From positions 27,557,495 to 27,621,494 of the forward strand of contig NC_068997.1 of the NCBI RefSeq assembly GCF_001194135.2: 64,000 bases of DNA, written 5' to 3'. Numbering within the stretch: position 1 is the stretch's first letter; the number at the start of each line of letters is the position of its first letter. This document shows, in pieces, positions 11,400 to 23,821 of this stretch. The position numbers and the translations under genes were made by a program. The notes below the pieces were generated by a model. The model did not search any database. It saw nothing but the letters and a program-made list of their open reading frames with translations, and was not told where the DNA came from. This DNA is from Octopus bimaculoides. Lineage: Eukaryota.

Positions 11400-11645
11400 T
11401 TCTACCGGCGTTTAACCCTATTTTCGTGGTGTATAAGGGATCGAGAGTACAATACTCTCTTCCCCTTCCCTGAACGGGACTCGTCCGTCGCAGGATCAAG
11501 CTTCAGCTGTTGTGAAATTCTTATACAGCTGAACCAACTGGAATAATGGGAATGAAGGGAGTTGATCAAGAACTCAACCCGCTGATAGTTCTGGGACTCG
11601 AAACCACGACCTTACGATCGTGAATCCAATACCATAACCACAAGG
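11400..11645 (-). mobile_element. tRNA-derived SINE (degenerate)
   Basis: Minus-strand head ccttgtggttatggtattggattcacgatcgtaaggtcgtggtttcgagtcccag has A/B-box-like motifs. Confidence 0.55.
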
Positions 11646-11935
11646 TTTGTCCTAGATGCATTATGTCTGAGAACGGGATGGTCACGGCTGGAATATCTTT
11701 AATCACAGGCCTTTTGATCAGTGAAGACTTGTACCTAAACAGCAACACTCGCAGATAGATGAAATGCAGTAAGTATAACTCAGCGAGATTGGAACTTGGA
11801 ACCAAGCTGTGTCAGCATCAATGCCATTTCTGCGATACCAGCTTCTGCTTCCTTACCGCAATACCAGAACCCAAAAATATACAGGTGATAGAAGGGGAAA
11901 ATCTTTTGAAATACCGTCTATACATTATGATTACA

Positions 11936-12124
11936 GATAAGTTCACCGCCATCAACTTACCGTGAAGAAAATTAACCATGAGGAATGTTCACTGTGAGGA
12001 AAGTTTACAGTGAAAATATATCCATAGTATCTCACCATTAATAGTTAAAAACTATTTTATTGAAAAAAAAAAAAAATCGTACGGTGAACTTTACCTCCGG
12101 TGAATTAATGACGGTGAACTTACC
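11936..12124. mobile_element. MITE-like element with imperfect TIRs and subterminal TTCACCG motifs
   Basis: Left end (A)TAAGTTCACCGCCATCAACTTACCG matches the reverse complement of the right end, GTAAGTTCACCGTCATTAATTCACCG. No clear TSD. Confidence 0.5.
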
Positions 12125-12475
12125 AGACATGGTACATTGTAGAATATTTTATTACGGACCTTAAAAGGATGTAACGCAAGGTCGAAAATATAATGTAATA
12201 GGGATTCAGGGTAGAAATAACGAGTAATATTTTTAAAAGAAATACAAATCTAAAGATTTATACTTACTGGATGATCAGAAGATTGAAGTAGTTTTAGTTT
12301 TTGAAGATTGAAGTAGTTTCAGGAGGAATCTGGTTGTTCTTATTGTAAATGGTTTCTGCCAAGCCTTAGAGGAAGACGAAACACTCTCAACTGTTGCTTC
12401 ACTGTAAATGTCTGGCCGAAGTTAAGTGTGAAAGTTTTAATCTTTCCTCTTGAATAATAATAACAATAATAATAG

Positions 12476-12512
<37 letters not shown>

Positions 12513-14708
12513 GATAATAGTAATCGTAATAATAACATTAATTGCGACACATGTCGAAAGATATTGTAGAGAAAGAGGGGGGGAAGAGACAGAGAGAAAG
12601 AGAGAGAATTGGCTGATTGTTTTACTTCCTTCTTCCTAAGTCTAATAATGGGCTGAACCTCCCACCATCATCACATTCATTTTTTTGTGTACAGTTTGGT
12701 TAGACAAATAATTGCAGTGACAAACACACGCATACCACACACAACATACATAGAAAAGGCTATAATGAGAAAACAAACAAGAGGGCGAAGGAGAAAGAGT
12801 TGTTGTCCCACCTTACTGGAGAAGTAAGAAAGGCGGTTATGGTGATGGGAGAGAATCAATCGGTTGTTAATTTAGCTGGGCAATAGATAGATAGATAGAT
12901 AGATAGATAGATCATTCTGACCCGAGGTAATCCCCACCATTGTTGATTTCCGTTGTTACAGAATGAATAAGTAGGTGGAAAACGAAGATAAAAAAAAAAA
13001 GAGAAAAATTTGAAGAATGATTGACGATACTTCTTTGCATACGTCCCTCTTCTTTCAATGAAATGGAAGGGAAAGCAATGGAGGAAAGCAAAGGTAATAA
13101 AAGAAAATTGATTGAAATTATCTCTTCACATACGTACCTCCCTTTTTCAATGAAAAAGAAAGCTAAGACTAGACTGGGAGAAAGAAAAGAATGTGAGGGA
13201 ATCACGAAGTAGTAAATAACAAAAGACACCATTGTCATGTAAATACCGTTATTTCATGAAGGAGAAATATCCGGCTAGTTTTATTTTATTTTTTTTATTT
13301 TTCCTTCTATAATATCTTGTCCTCTGTATTTACACTATCACCTGACGCATGGCTCTGCAGAAAACAGCAACGAAAGCAAACAAGATAGCTATCGTTTGTT
13401 AGCAAAAACAAAAAGAAGTGTTGAGGAGAGGGAATAATTTCTGTAAATAAAGAAAGTGATGTCGGTAAGACCCAATCAATAATCTTTGTTTGTCACCTCC
13501 TTTCTCTTCAACTGTCCAAAGGACACAACTTTCAAATAACGTTTGTTTGCAGTGGAAAAAGATAAATTTCACTAAGCTTAAGAGAAAAATCTCTATATAC
13601 ACGATGGACGTCAGAAGAAGAGTAAAAAATGAAGATGAATTGTTCGCAAAAACAATGAAGGTTTTATATGCAGAGTTTAAAGTAAGATCACAAATTGGTG
13701 CGAAAAGAGATTAACTTATGATGTGCTTTCTCGCGAAACTTTCAAAAATATGGACAGAATCTCGATTCGGATTAACGGTGAGAGTGGCTTTCGGTTCACT
13801 TTAAGTTTGCTCTTCTCGTTGAATGAAGAATATCAGACAATAAAACAAAAATGTAAAACGATTTTGTAATTCTTTGTGGCCATTTTAATGCGAAAAAGAA
13901 ATGTAAAAGAAAACAGGTTTTCCCAATTTCTAATATTAATGAAAATAAAAGAGGTCAGGACGATCGGGGCGGTCATTGGGTTGAAATTCCGGCAAAGTTT
14001 AACAGGTTTTTTTTTAGTCAAAAAGCTTTAAAATAATCTTTTGGTAAAGATCTTTCTCTCTCGTCTGCTAAACTAAACTACGCTGGCATAGATAAATCTT
14101 TCTTGTGCAAAATCTTTGTAAACCCACAATTGAGAGCGCTAACACTGGAAATATAACACCTGTATTCGTTGTATTTATTTTCACATAACAATTAGAAGAG
14201 GGAGGGCAGGGCTTTTTTTCAGTGCCTTCAAGAGTGGTCAGAAATAAGGCGGTAAGGTTGATGTTCACAACAAACTCAACTGAGAGCTGGAAACTTCATG
14301 CAACGACAGCTATTTGGAAAAACTTCCCAGATCAACAATACTGGAACACTAGACTAAAGTTTTTAGAACGGTTTCGTCGCTCTGAGCCTTTATCGGACAG
14401 GCTCAATTTACAGCACTTCCATGTCTCTAGAGTTTGTCTGGGCCAGCCAAGACAGTCGGTAGCAGCATTAGGCAGACATTTCTACTAAATGTCCTCAGTC
14501 CCTTGTCTGGAAGTCTTACGAAATAGAAGACTGTTCAGTTTATCTTCGTCGACACCGAAAGTGTCGTCACTATTGCGACTCTGACAACGGTACCGATCCA
14601 AAATATTGTTAATGCTGATGTCATGAGTCGCTTAGCTTAATGGTACAGAGCACTTAACCATAGTTTGAGAGATAAGGGATTCGTTTCTCGTTAGCTAATC
14701 ACTTTTTT

Positions 14709-14921
14709 AAGGCAGCGAACTGACTGAATCATTAGCAGGCGGGGTAAAATGCTTAACGGTATTTCGTCTATCTTATGTTCTGAGTCCCAATTTTGCCAAG
14801 GTCGACTTTACCTTTCATCCTTCGGGGTTGATAAAATAAGTACCACTTGGGTACTGGGGCCGATGTAATCGACTTACCCCTGCTACGAAATCGCTGGCCT
14901 TGTGCCAAAATTTGAAATCAA
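14709..14921 (+). mobile_element. SINE family A, near full length
   Basis: aaggcagcgaactgactgaatc...gtcgactttacctttcatccttcggggttgataaaataagtacc...ggccttgtgcc. Confidence 0.85.
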
Positions 14922-15340
14922 TATATTATTAATACTGTTACATATCTAATCATTTAATCCATAGAACCCACTAAATAGAAGGTAAGGGCTGACGTACCCT
15001 CGACCACATTGCTTGATTGGGGATACAGACAACAGTGAGAAAATTATAACATTCCAGACGCTAAACGTCCGGTTTTTGTCTTTGATCCAAGATTACAACT
15101 CTGTAAGAAAGTAGAAGTGTAGGGAAAAAAGTGTCTGACAAAGGGAGACAACAGACACCACCGGCTTACCGTCCAAGAATTTATGTACATACAACAACCC
15201 CAGTAGAAGTTTGCACATCATAAGCTGCAGAATATTGCAGCTCCACCCCGGGCAGAAACTGTAAGCGGGAGATGGCCCAGTAGAATGCATAGCGGACACT
15301 TTGGTACGTAATCTTAATATTTGATTATAAATTCTTTCCA

Positions 15341-15935
15341 AAGACAGCGAGCTGGCAGAAACGTTAGCACGCCGGGCGAAATGCTTAGCGGTATTTGGTC
15401 TGTCTTTACGTTCTGAGTTTAAATCCCGCCGAGGTCGACTTTGCCTTTCATCGTTTCGGAGTCGCTAAATTAAGTACTAGTTATGCACTGGGGTCGATAT
15501 AATCGACTTAAACCCTTTGTCTGTCCTTATTTGTCCCCTCTGTGTGTAGCCCCTTGTGGGCAGTAAAGAAATAATAAACGTTAGCACGCCGGGCGAAATG
15601 CTTAGCGGTATTTGGTCTGTCTTTACGTTCTGAGTTCAAATCCCGCCGAGGTCGACTTTAACTTTCATCCTTTTGGGGTCGATAAATTAAGTACCAGTTG
15701 CGTGCTAGGGTTGATCTAATCGACTGGTCCCTATCCCAAAAATTTCGGGCCTTGTGCCTAGAGTAGAAAAGAATATAAATTCTTTCTAAATTTGGCACAA
15801 GGCCAACTATTTTAGTGCGAGGAGGTTAGTCGATGACATCGACCTCAGTACTTTATTCTATCGACTCCCGAAAGGATGAAAGGCATAGTTGACCTCGTTG
15901 GTATTTGAACTCAGAATGTTAAGAACTGGGAGGAA
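15341..15935. mobile_element. Cluster of three family A SINEs: two in tandem on + and one inverted
   Basis: Copies at 15341-15575 (+), 15577-15775 (+) and 15776-15935 (-), all carrying the family A core. Confidence 0.85.
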
Positions 15936-16139
15936 TGTTTAATATAAATGAGAAAAATGAAGGTATTTCCCGATCATAAACCTTTCTATGATTTGATCTG
16001 TTGACCACAAAGAGAAGGGATGGGGTTTCAGGTTTTTGTGTCAATAGATTCTATATTGGGATGACATGGTCTATAATTGGTTACAGAGACATGAGGGAGT
16101 GTATATATGTATCTGTGTGATCTGTGTGTATGTATGTAT

Positions 16140-16173
<34 letters not shown>

Positions 16174-16526
16174 GGGAAGAGGTAAGGGTCCACACTAAAG
16201 TTAATGTTTGGCTTAACCATACAAACTTCTTGGACAATTTTAGTGAGCGTTGTTATTTAGGTTTTAACGATTTTAATTAGGACAGCAAATTAAACAATAG
16301 GAAAGAGGAGAGCGGGGCTGAGGTGTATAAATAGAGCAGCAAGGTCACACATGGGGGAAAAAAAATCTATAAACCCAATAGTAACTATTAGAATTTTAAA
16401 AAGTAAAATAAAATAATACACAGATAAATTAACAAATATCTGTGATTCTTATTGATTTACAATGAGCCACAAACAGCCAGTAAAGTGGTGAAAGTAATAC
16501 GGATTCGATTCTCACTTGTAACCTAA

Positions 16527-16854
16527 TTGTTGTTGTTGGCACTCCGTCGCTTACGACGTCGAGGGTTCCAGTTGATCCGATCAACGGAACAGCCTGCTCG
16601 TGAAATTAACGTGCAAGTAGCTGAGCACTCCACAGACACGTGTACCCTTAACGTAGTTCTCGGGGATATTCAGCGTGACACAGTGTGACAAGGCTTACCC
16701 TTTGAATTACAGGCACAACAGAAACAGGAAATAAGAGTGAGAGAAAGTTGCGGTGAAAGAGTACAGCAGGGTTCGCCACCATCCCCTGCCGGAGCCTCGT
16801 GGAGTTTTAGGTGTTTTCGTTCAATAAACACTTACAACGTCCGGTCTGGGAATC
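16527..16854 (-). mobile_element. tRNA-derived SINE family C, head lost in gap
   Basis: Near-identical to 19835-20216. (CAA)n tail on the minus strand. Confidence 0.9.
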
Positions 16855-17520
16855 NNNNNNNNNNNNNNNNNNNNNNNNNNNNNNNNNNNNNNNNNNNNNN
16901 NNNNNNNNNNNNNNNNNNNNNNNNNNNNNNNNNNNNNNNNNNNNNNNNNNNNNNNNNNNNNNNNNNNNNNNNNNNNNNNNNNNNNNNNNNNNNNNNNNNN
17001 NNNNNNNNNNNNNNNNNNNNNNNNNNNNNNNNNNNNNNNNNNNNNNNNNNNNNNNNNNNNNNNNNNNNNNNNNNNNNNNNNNNNNNNNNNNNNNNNNNNN
17101 NNNNNNNNNNNNNNNNNNNNNNNNNNNNNNNNNNNNNNNNNNNNNNNNNNNNNNNNNNNNNNNNNNNNNNNNNNNNNNNNNNNNNNNNNNNNNNNNNNNN
17201 NNNNNNNNNNNNNNNNNNNNNNNNNNNNNNNNNNNNNNNNNNNNNNNNNNNNNNNNNNNNNNNNNNNNNNNNNNNNNNNNNNNNNNNNNNNNNNNNNNNN
17301 NNNNNNNNNNNNNNNNNNNNNNNNNNNNNNNNNNNNNNNNNNNNNNNNNNNNNNNNNNNNNNNNNNNNNNNNNNNNNNNNNNNNNNNNNNNNNNNNNNNN
17401 NNNNNNNNNNNNNNNNNNNNNNNNNNNNNNNNNNNNNNNNNNNNNNNNNNNNNNNNNNNNNNNNNNNNNNNNNNNNNNNNNNNNNNNNNNNNNNNNNNNN
17501 NNNNNNNNNNNNNNNNNNNN

Positions 17521-18168
17521 AAGGGCGGTGTGGATAGTGGTGAGGGGATATCCACGTAGGATGAAGTAGCAAGCCATGAGTTGAGACTGAGTCTCAAAGT
17601 CATGGCTGTCACTACAGAGCCTGCGTAGACGGAGGAATTTGGAATAGGGGATGGAAAGTTTGGTGCGTTTAGGGTGGGAGGAGAAGTTAAGATAAGAGTG
17701 TGAGTCTGTGTGTTTGTAGTGGATGGAGATGCTAAGAGTGGAGTGATGGATGCTGACCGAAATGTCAAGAAAGGGGACAGAGATGTCAGAGATGGTGCAG
17801 GAGAAGTGGAGGGCAGGATGGAAGGATTGGACAGAAGAGAAGAACGAGTCAAGAAGTTCGCGGGAGAGTGAGGTGGCACCGATACAGTCGTCAATATAAC
17901 GACCGTATAGTTCGGGAGTAGGACCAGTGAAACTTGAGAATATTTGGGCCTCAACGTAGCCAACGAACAGGTTCGCATAGTTGGGGCCCATTCTCGTTCC
18001 CATGGCCGTTCTCGAGAATTGCTGGTAGAAATCACCCGCGAACGAGCAGCAGTTAAGAGAGAGGACAAGTTCGGCCAGACGAATGAGTGTGGAGGTGTCG
18101 GGTTGTGGTTTGGGGCGTAGGTCGAGGAAATATTTAAGTGCACGCAGCCCCTCGTCGTGAGGGATCAC
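17521..18168 (-). mobile_element. Penelope-like element reverse transcriptase fragment
   Basis: ORF contains FYQQFSRTAMGTRMGPNYANLFVG, YGRYIDDCIG, PFLDISV and YKHTDSHSYLNFSSHP...SIPYSKFLRLRRLCS, typical of PLE RT and thumb. It is bounded by a gap and (TA)n. Confidence 0.88.
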
Positions 18169-19038
18169 CGTATATATATATATATATNNNNNNNNNNNNN
18201 NNNNNNNNNNNNNNNNNNNNNNNNNNNNNNNNNNNNNNNNNNNNNNNNNNNNNNNNNNNNNNNNNNNNNNNNNNNNNNNNNNNNNNNNNNNNNNNNNNNN
18301 NNNNNNNNNNNNNNNNNNNNNNNNNNNNNNNNNNNNNNNNNNNNNNNNNNNNNNNNNNNNNNNNNNNNNNNNNNNNNNNNNNNNNNNNNNNNNNNNNNNN
18401 NNNNNNNNNNNNNNNNNNNNNNNNNNNNNNNNNNNNNNNNNNNNNNNNNNNNNNNNNNNNNNNNNNNNNNNNNNNNNNNNNNNNNNNNNNNNNNNNNNNN
18501 NNNNNNNNNNNNNNNNNNNNNNNNNNNNNNNNNNNNNNNNNNNNNNNNNNNNNNNNNNNNNNNNNNNNNNNNNNNNNNNNNNNNNNNNNNNNNNNNNNNN
18601 NNNNNNNNNNNNNNNNNNNNNNNNNNNNNNNNNNNNNNNNNNNNNNNNNNNNNNNNNNNNNNNNNNNNNNNNNNNNNNNNNNNNNNNNNNNNNNNNNNNN
18701 NNNNNNNNNNNNNNNNNNNNNNNNNNNNNNNNNNNNNNNNNNNNNNNNNNNNNNNNNNNNNNNNNNNNNNNNNNNNNNNNNNNNNNNNNNNNNNNNNNNN
18801 NNNNNNNNNNNNNNNNNNNNNNNNNNNNNNNNNNNNNNNNNNNNNNNNNNNNNNNNNNNNNNNNNNNNNNNNNNNNNNNNNNNNNNNNNNNNNNNNNNNN
18901 NNNNNNNNNNNNNNNNNNNNNNNNNNNNNNNNNNNNNNNNNNNNNNNNNNNNNNNNNNNNTTGTCAGTAAATCATAAATCTGAAAGAGAAGCATACACAC
19001 ACACACACACACACTCTCTCTCTCTCTTTCTCTCTGTC

Positions 19039-19095
<57 letters not shown>

Positions 19096-19834
19096 TGTCT
19101 TTGAGAAAGAAATAAAACGAAAACGAAAACTAAATCTTAATTGTTGTAAAGTCGGTATTTTTCTGCATTTTTGTTGTTTCTTTTTCTACATTTGTTTTAA
19201 GACGTGCTAGGCCAGACATTGTTAGTGGTGAAACATTGTTTAAGCATCATATTTATTCACTAAAATTTACAAAAGCACATAGAATCAATACCAACATTTC
19301 TGGTGACATTTCTCTCTCGCTCTCTCTTTCTCTCTGTTTATGTGTGTGTGTATGTGTATGTGTGTATATATATGTACATACATACATACACATACGTATA
19401 TATATTTACACATATATATTCATATATATAAATACACACACACACATATATAATATGCATATATGTGTGTGTGTATGTATGTGAGTGTCTGCGTGTGTTG
19501 TAGAATTGTTTGGTTTGAGTAACAAGACAGTGGTAGTAAGGAGGAGACTGTTTTTGTTATCGAATTCTTAAAATTTTATTTTATTTATTTACTATTTTTT
19601 TTTCGTTTCCACTTTTCGCCTTCATATATTTCACATATTTCATGAATATTTGTCCACTGTCGACCCTGGCCGGCATAACTTCTCTGTTCAGTGAGAATTT
19701 GCGGCCATACAGACAATGGTGACCAAGCCCCCACCTCTTCATATTTCTCAATACATATTAAACATTTTGGGGGCGTCCGGTAGGGATGGGTGGGAGATGA
19801 CGTGATGACCAAGACGATAGGATATTAGGAGGAT

Positions 19835-20216
19835 TGTTGGCACTCCGTCGCTTACGACGTCGAGGGTTCCAGTCGATCCGATCAACGGAACAGCCTGCTC
19901 GTGAAATTAACGTGCAAGTGGCTGAGCACTCCACAGACACGTGTACCCTTAACGTAGTTCTCGGGGATATTCAGCGTGACACAGTGTGACAAGGCTGACC
20001 CTTTGAATTACAGGCCCAACAGAAACAGGAAGTAAGAGTGAGAGAAAGTTGTGGTAGAAGAGTACAGAAGAGTTCGCCACCATCTCCTGCCGGAGCCTCG
20101 TGAAGCTTTAGGTGTTTTCGCTCAATAAACACTCACAACGTCCGGTCTGGAAATCGAAACCGCGATCCTATGACCGCGAGTCCGCTGCCCTAACCACTGA
20201 GCCATTGCGCCTCCAC
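19835..20216 (-). mobile_element. Full-length tRNA-derived SINE family C with 11-bp TSD
   Basis: Head GTGGAGGCGCAATGGCTCAGTGGTTAGGGCAGCGG...GGTTTCGATTTCC carries A/B boxes. TSD ATTAGGAGGAT at 19824-19834 and 20217-20227. Confidence 0.93.
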
Positions 20217-20370
20217 ATTAGGAGGATACAGATATCTATTTGTTCCTGGTTTTTGAGTTCAAAATTATGAACCAATGAACTCCCATGTGCGCAATACAAC
20301 CCGATCGGTTAGAAACAGATGTCATATCTTCTTCAAATCAGATCCTCACTCTTTAGAAAACAAGTGCACA

Positions 20371-20551
20371 TAGGCGTGACTGAGGGGTAAGAAGCTTGCC
20401 TCGCAGCCACATGGTTCCGGGTTCAGTCTCACTGCTTGGGCAAGCGTCTTCTGCTATAGCCTCGAGCCTTGTGAGTGGATTTGGTAGACGGAAACTGAAA
20501 GAAGCCCGTCGTTTATATACATACATACATGTATATACATGTATGTGTGTA

Positions 20552-20587
<36 letters not shown>

Positions 20588-20690
20588 TGTCACCTACTGC
20601 CGCTTGAGAACTGGTGTTGGTGTGTTTGCGTCCCCGTAACATAGCAGTTCGGCAAAAGAGACCAATAGAATAAGTACCCGGCTTTAAAAA
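20371..20690 (+). mobile_element. tRNA-derived SINE family B with internal microsatellite
   Basis: tRNA-like head, cttgggcaagcgtcttctgctatagc, gtggatttggtagacggaaactgaaagaagcccgtcg, then (TA/TG)n and the 3' part. Confidence 0.75.
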
Positions 20691-20805
20691 AAAGTACTGT
20701 TGCCGATTCATTCACCGAGGTCGACTTTGCTCTTCATCCCTGGGGTTCGATGTAATCGACTTAAACCCTTCCCTGAAATTGCTGACCTTGTACCAAAACG
20801 TGAAA

Positions 20806-21430
20806 CTAATATTTAGAATGTGGTATCACAATGTGGGTTGTCGACGGACAAATGTCTGGATCATGGTTATGTAGTGATGACATTGACCAAGTCCCCGCAA
20901 AAGTTATTCTGAAAGAAACCCTAAGGCTCTTTCTTTTTTGTAGAAACACGTATTTACCAGAACGGATCCTTTCACAAACCCATCTATCCATCTCTTCCGA
21001 CCACTGTTCCAGGGAGGGTCGCGGAGGAAGAGTCCTCAGGCACCTCCTCTATAGGATCCTATCAAAAGCAACAGACATTGGGCCTTCCAGCTGGATTCTC
21101 AAGTGCGCCTGATTGAAACTATGAATATCATCCAGCCGTCTTATTTTTTGGTCTACCCAGGGGTCCTCGGTCGGCTTGAAGAATGTCTTGCCACCTTTTT
21201 CTGTAACATTCTGATCACATGCTAGTTGTGCTGGAGCTGTCCTCATAATGCAAAATAGCGGTTCAACCTGGAGAGACTCCCTGATATCCGAATACGCATC
21301 CTGTCGAGTAATGTTTCTTCAGAGATTCTTCGAAGGAGCCCATTTCGGGCACAAATGATAATTCCAAGTCTTGACGAAAAATAACATCGTTCCCAGAAAA
21401 CCTATAAAACATTTTGAATTTCAATTTAGG
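20806..21430 (-). pseudogene. Unclassified decayed coding-like segment
   Basis: One frame runs 21246-20806 with a single internal stop. A second ORF ending at 21263 is offset by one frameshift. GC content is higher than the flanks. No family was recognised. Confidence 0.25.
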
Positions 21431-21436
21431 TATAAA

Positions 21437-21711
21437 AAGGACTCTGCTATAAGGACTCGAGAGCAACGACTCTGCTATAAGGGCTCAACGGTAAGGACTC
21501 TAGAGTAAGGGCTCTACTGAAAGGTCTCTGCATTAGGGGCTCGACAGTAAAGACTAAGTGTCAGAGGGTAAGAGCAAGACTCTTGTGAAAGGTCTTGATT
21601 GTAAGGATTTAACCGAAAGACTATCATACAATTTCCACCATAGGGGTTTTAACGTAAGAGCTCCACCGTAAGGACTCGGCTTTAGGAGCTCCATTGTAAG
21701 GGAACATCACC
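21437..21711. repeat. Degenerate 14-bp tandem array (AAGG[A/G]CTC plus 6 variable nt), about 19 units
   Basis: Units start at 21437, 21451, 21465, 21479, 21493, 21507, 21521, 21535, 21549 and later at 21656, 21670, 21684, 21698. Confidence 0.85.
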
Positions 21712-22589
21712 AGTTTGAAGATCAATTTCTTTCTGTTTGGTTGTTTTTGATGTTGTTGTTGGTGATCTTGTTACTCAAGACTACATTATCTGTTGTATGC
21801 TTTTCCTAAGACAAAAGCCTGAGCTTTAAGGGAAGTTCGACTACTATTTCTGGTAGGTGGAACAACCGCACAGAAGCTCTGTTGTTGGCTGATAGTAGTG
21901 TAGACGATGGTGATGATGAAGTTGATAGGTATAACAGTGACGATGATGGCAGTGATGATGTCGATGATGCTGATAGGGACGATAGTGTAATGATGTGGTG
22001 ACGACGGTAATGATGCTAGTCATGTAATGATGAGGATGATGTTAACGATGATGATGAGGAGGAGGAGGAGAGGGAGGAAGAGAAGGAGGTCAACAATGGT
22101 GGTGATTGTGATGATTTCAATGAAGCTGATATTGCATTGACCATTCGTGGTGTTGATCAATATAATTGATCAATATAATCGATAACCGTTTTAATAGTGA
22201 TAGGAATATAACTATAAAGCACGAACGTCTTTCACCACACCTGCATTTCATTTACTCCTTCGATAAGTTTCTCCGCCAACCCTTAAATCAATATGTATGT
22301 ATGTATGGATGGATGGATGTTATGTGTGTGTGTGTATCTTTTATTTTTTTTATTTGTTTCAGTCATTTGACTGCGGTTATGCTGAAACCCCACCTTCAAC
22401 GGTTTTAGTCGAACAAATCGACCCCAGGACTGATTTTTAAAACATTAGGACTTATTCTATCGGTCTTTTTTGCCGAACCACTAAGTTACGGTGACGTAAA
22501 CACACCAACATTTGTTGTCAAGCGATGGTAGGAGACAAACACAGACACACACATAAATATATACTTATACATACGTACATAAGTACATA

Positions 22590-22720
22590 CATACTTTGAC
22601 CCCCAGTACTCAACCAGTACTTGTAAAGTACTCAGCTGGTACTTGTTTTATCGATCCCGAAAGGGATGAAAGGCAAAGTCAACATCGGCGGAATTTGAAC
22701 CTAGAACGTAAAGACGGATG
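22590..22720 (-). mobile_element. SINE family A, partial copy
   Basis: gggatgaaaggcaaagtcaacatcggcggaatttgaacctagaacgtaaagacgg. Confidence 0.8.
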
Positions 22721-22736
22721 AGTAGATAGAGCGATC

Positions 22737-22788
<52 letters not shown>

Positions 22789-23821
22789 TTGATATGAACA
22801 TGAAAATGCAAATAAACGATTTTTATTTCTCTGCGTGTTTTCGTTTCGTTGTGTTTTCAGGGGAGGAATCAGGCAGAAAAGGAAATGCTTTGGATTAAAG
22901 TCAAGTAAAATATTACCTTAGCGCATACATCTACATCATCATCATCATCACTACCACCATCACCACCACCGTCATCCTCATTTTGAGTCTGCCTTCCCTT
23001 TTGGCATGATTATCTTTCGTAGTCAATAGTTTATATATAGCATGCAAATACTCACACACGCCAAACAAATGAAACATTTCAACAGAAACGTACATAGAAT
23101 CAATAGGTTTATATATAGCATGCACATGCAGTATGCGCGCGCGCGGCTCTGAGTATACCTAAATATATATGCTTGTATAGACGTATACATACATACATAC
23201 ATATATAAACAGAAAGCTACACACACGCACACGTGTATATATGTGTGCATGTATGTCGAAGTATATATATATATGTAATGATTTCCAACAGAGCAGCAAA
23301 TGACGGCACGTCTCTGCCTGTCTTGTTAAAATTATTATTGACGTTCATATTCATGCTCACGCTTGTTTTGTTTGTTTTTAATTGCTTTGTCTTTTCGTGT
23401 TCTTCCCTCTATTTATGTTGATCCACCCCCATCCCACTGTAGTCCTTGCTAATTTCGAGGTCTTCCACTGTCTGTTATGGGATTCAGGGGTTTAATTGTT
23501 TCGACAGTCTGTTAAAAATATACATCAATTTTAGTTTCATATATAACAAATAAACATGTACACTTTTTAAAACATCATCATTTTATAAGATTTTGCTGGC
23601 AAATTTTTTAATTAACAAAAACATTTATTTACATGAAAGAAAATTACCGGAGAACTTTCATCTAATTCTTCCAAATCTTTCTATTAAACTGTATTGAAAC
23701 CATTTGTGGGGAACTTTTTTGTCACAGCAACTGGTCACACATCACAAGGTTTGACGGAATGATTATGCTAAGGTTTATAAGGACCTTAGTTTTAACTGGA
23801 TCTGGATCAAAAGTTTTAGTT

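Noticed and set aside
20150-20216. tRNA-like sequences with A/B boxes (also 6400-6480, 11590-11645, 20371-20430)
   Set aside because: They are SINE heads continuing into SINE bodies and lack a complete cloverleaf or acceptor stem.
21437-21711. CRISPR-like appearance of the constant/variable array
   Set aside because: The 8-bp repeat and 6-bp spacer are far too short, the context is eukaryotic, and there are no cas genes. Kept only as a tandem array.
21890-22130. Asp/Glu-rich reading on the plus strand
   Set aside because: Degenerate (GAT/GAG)n microsatellite with in-frame stops.
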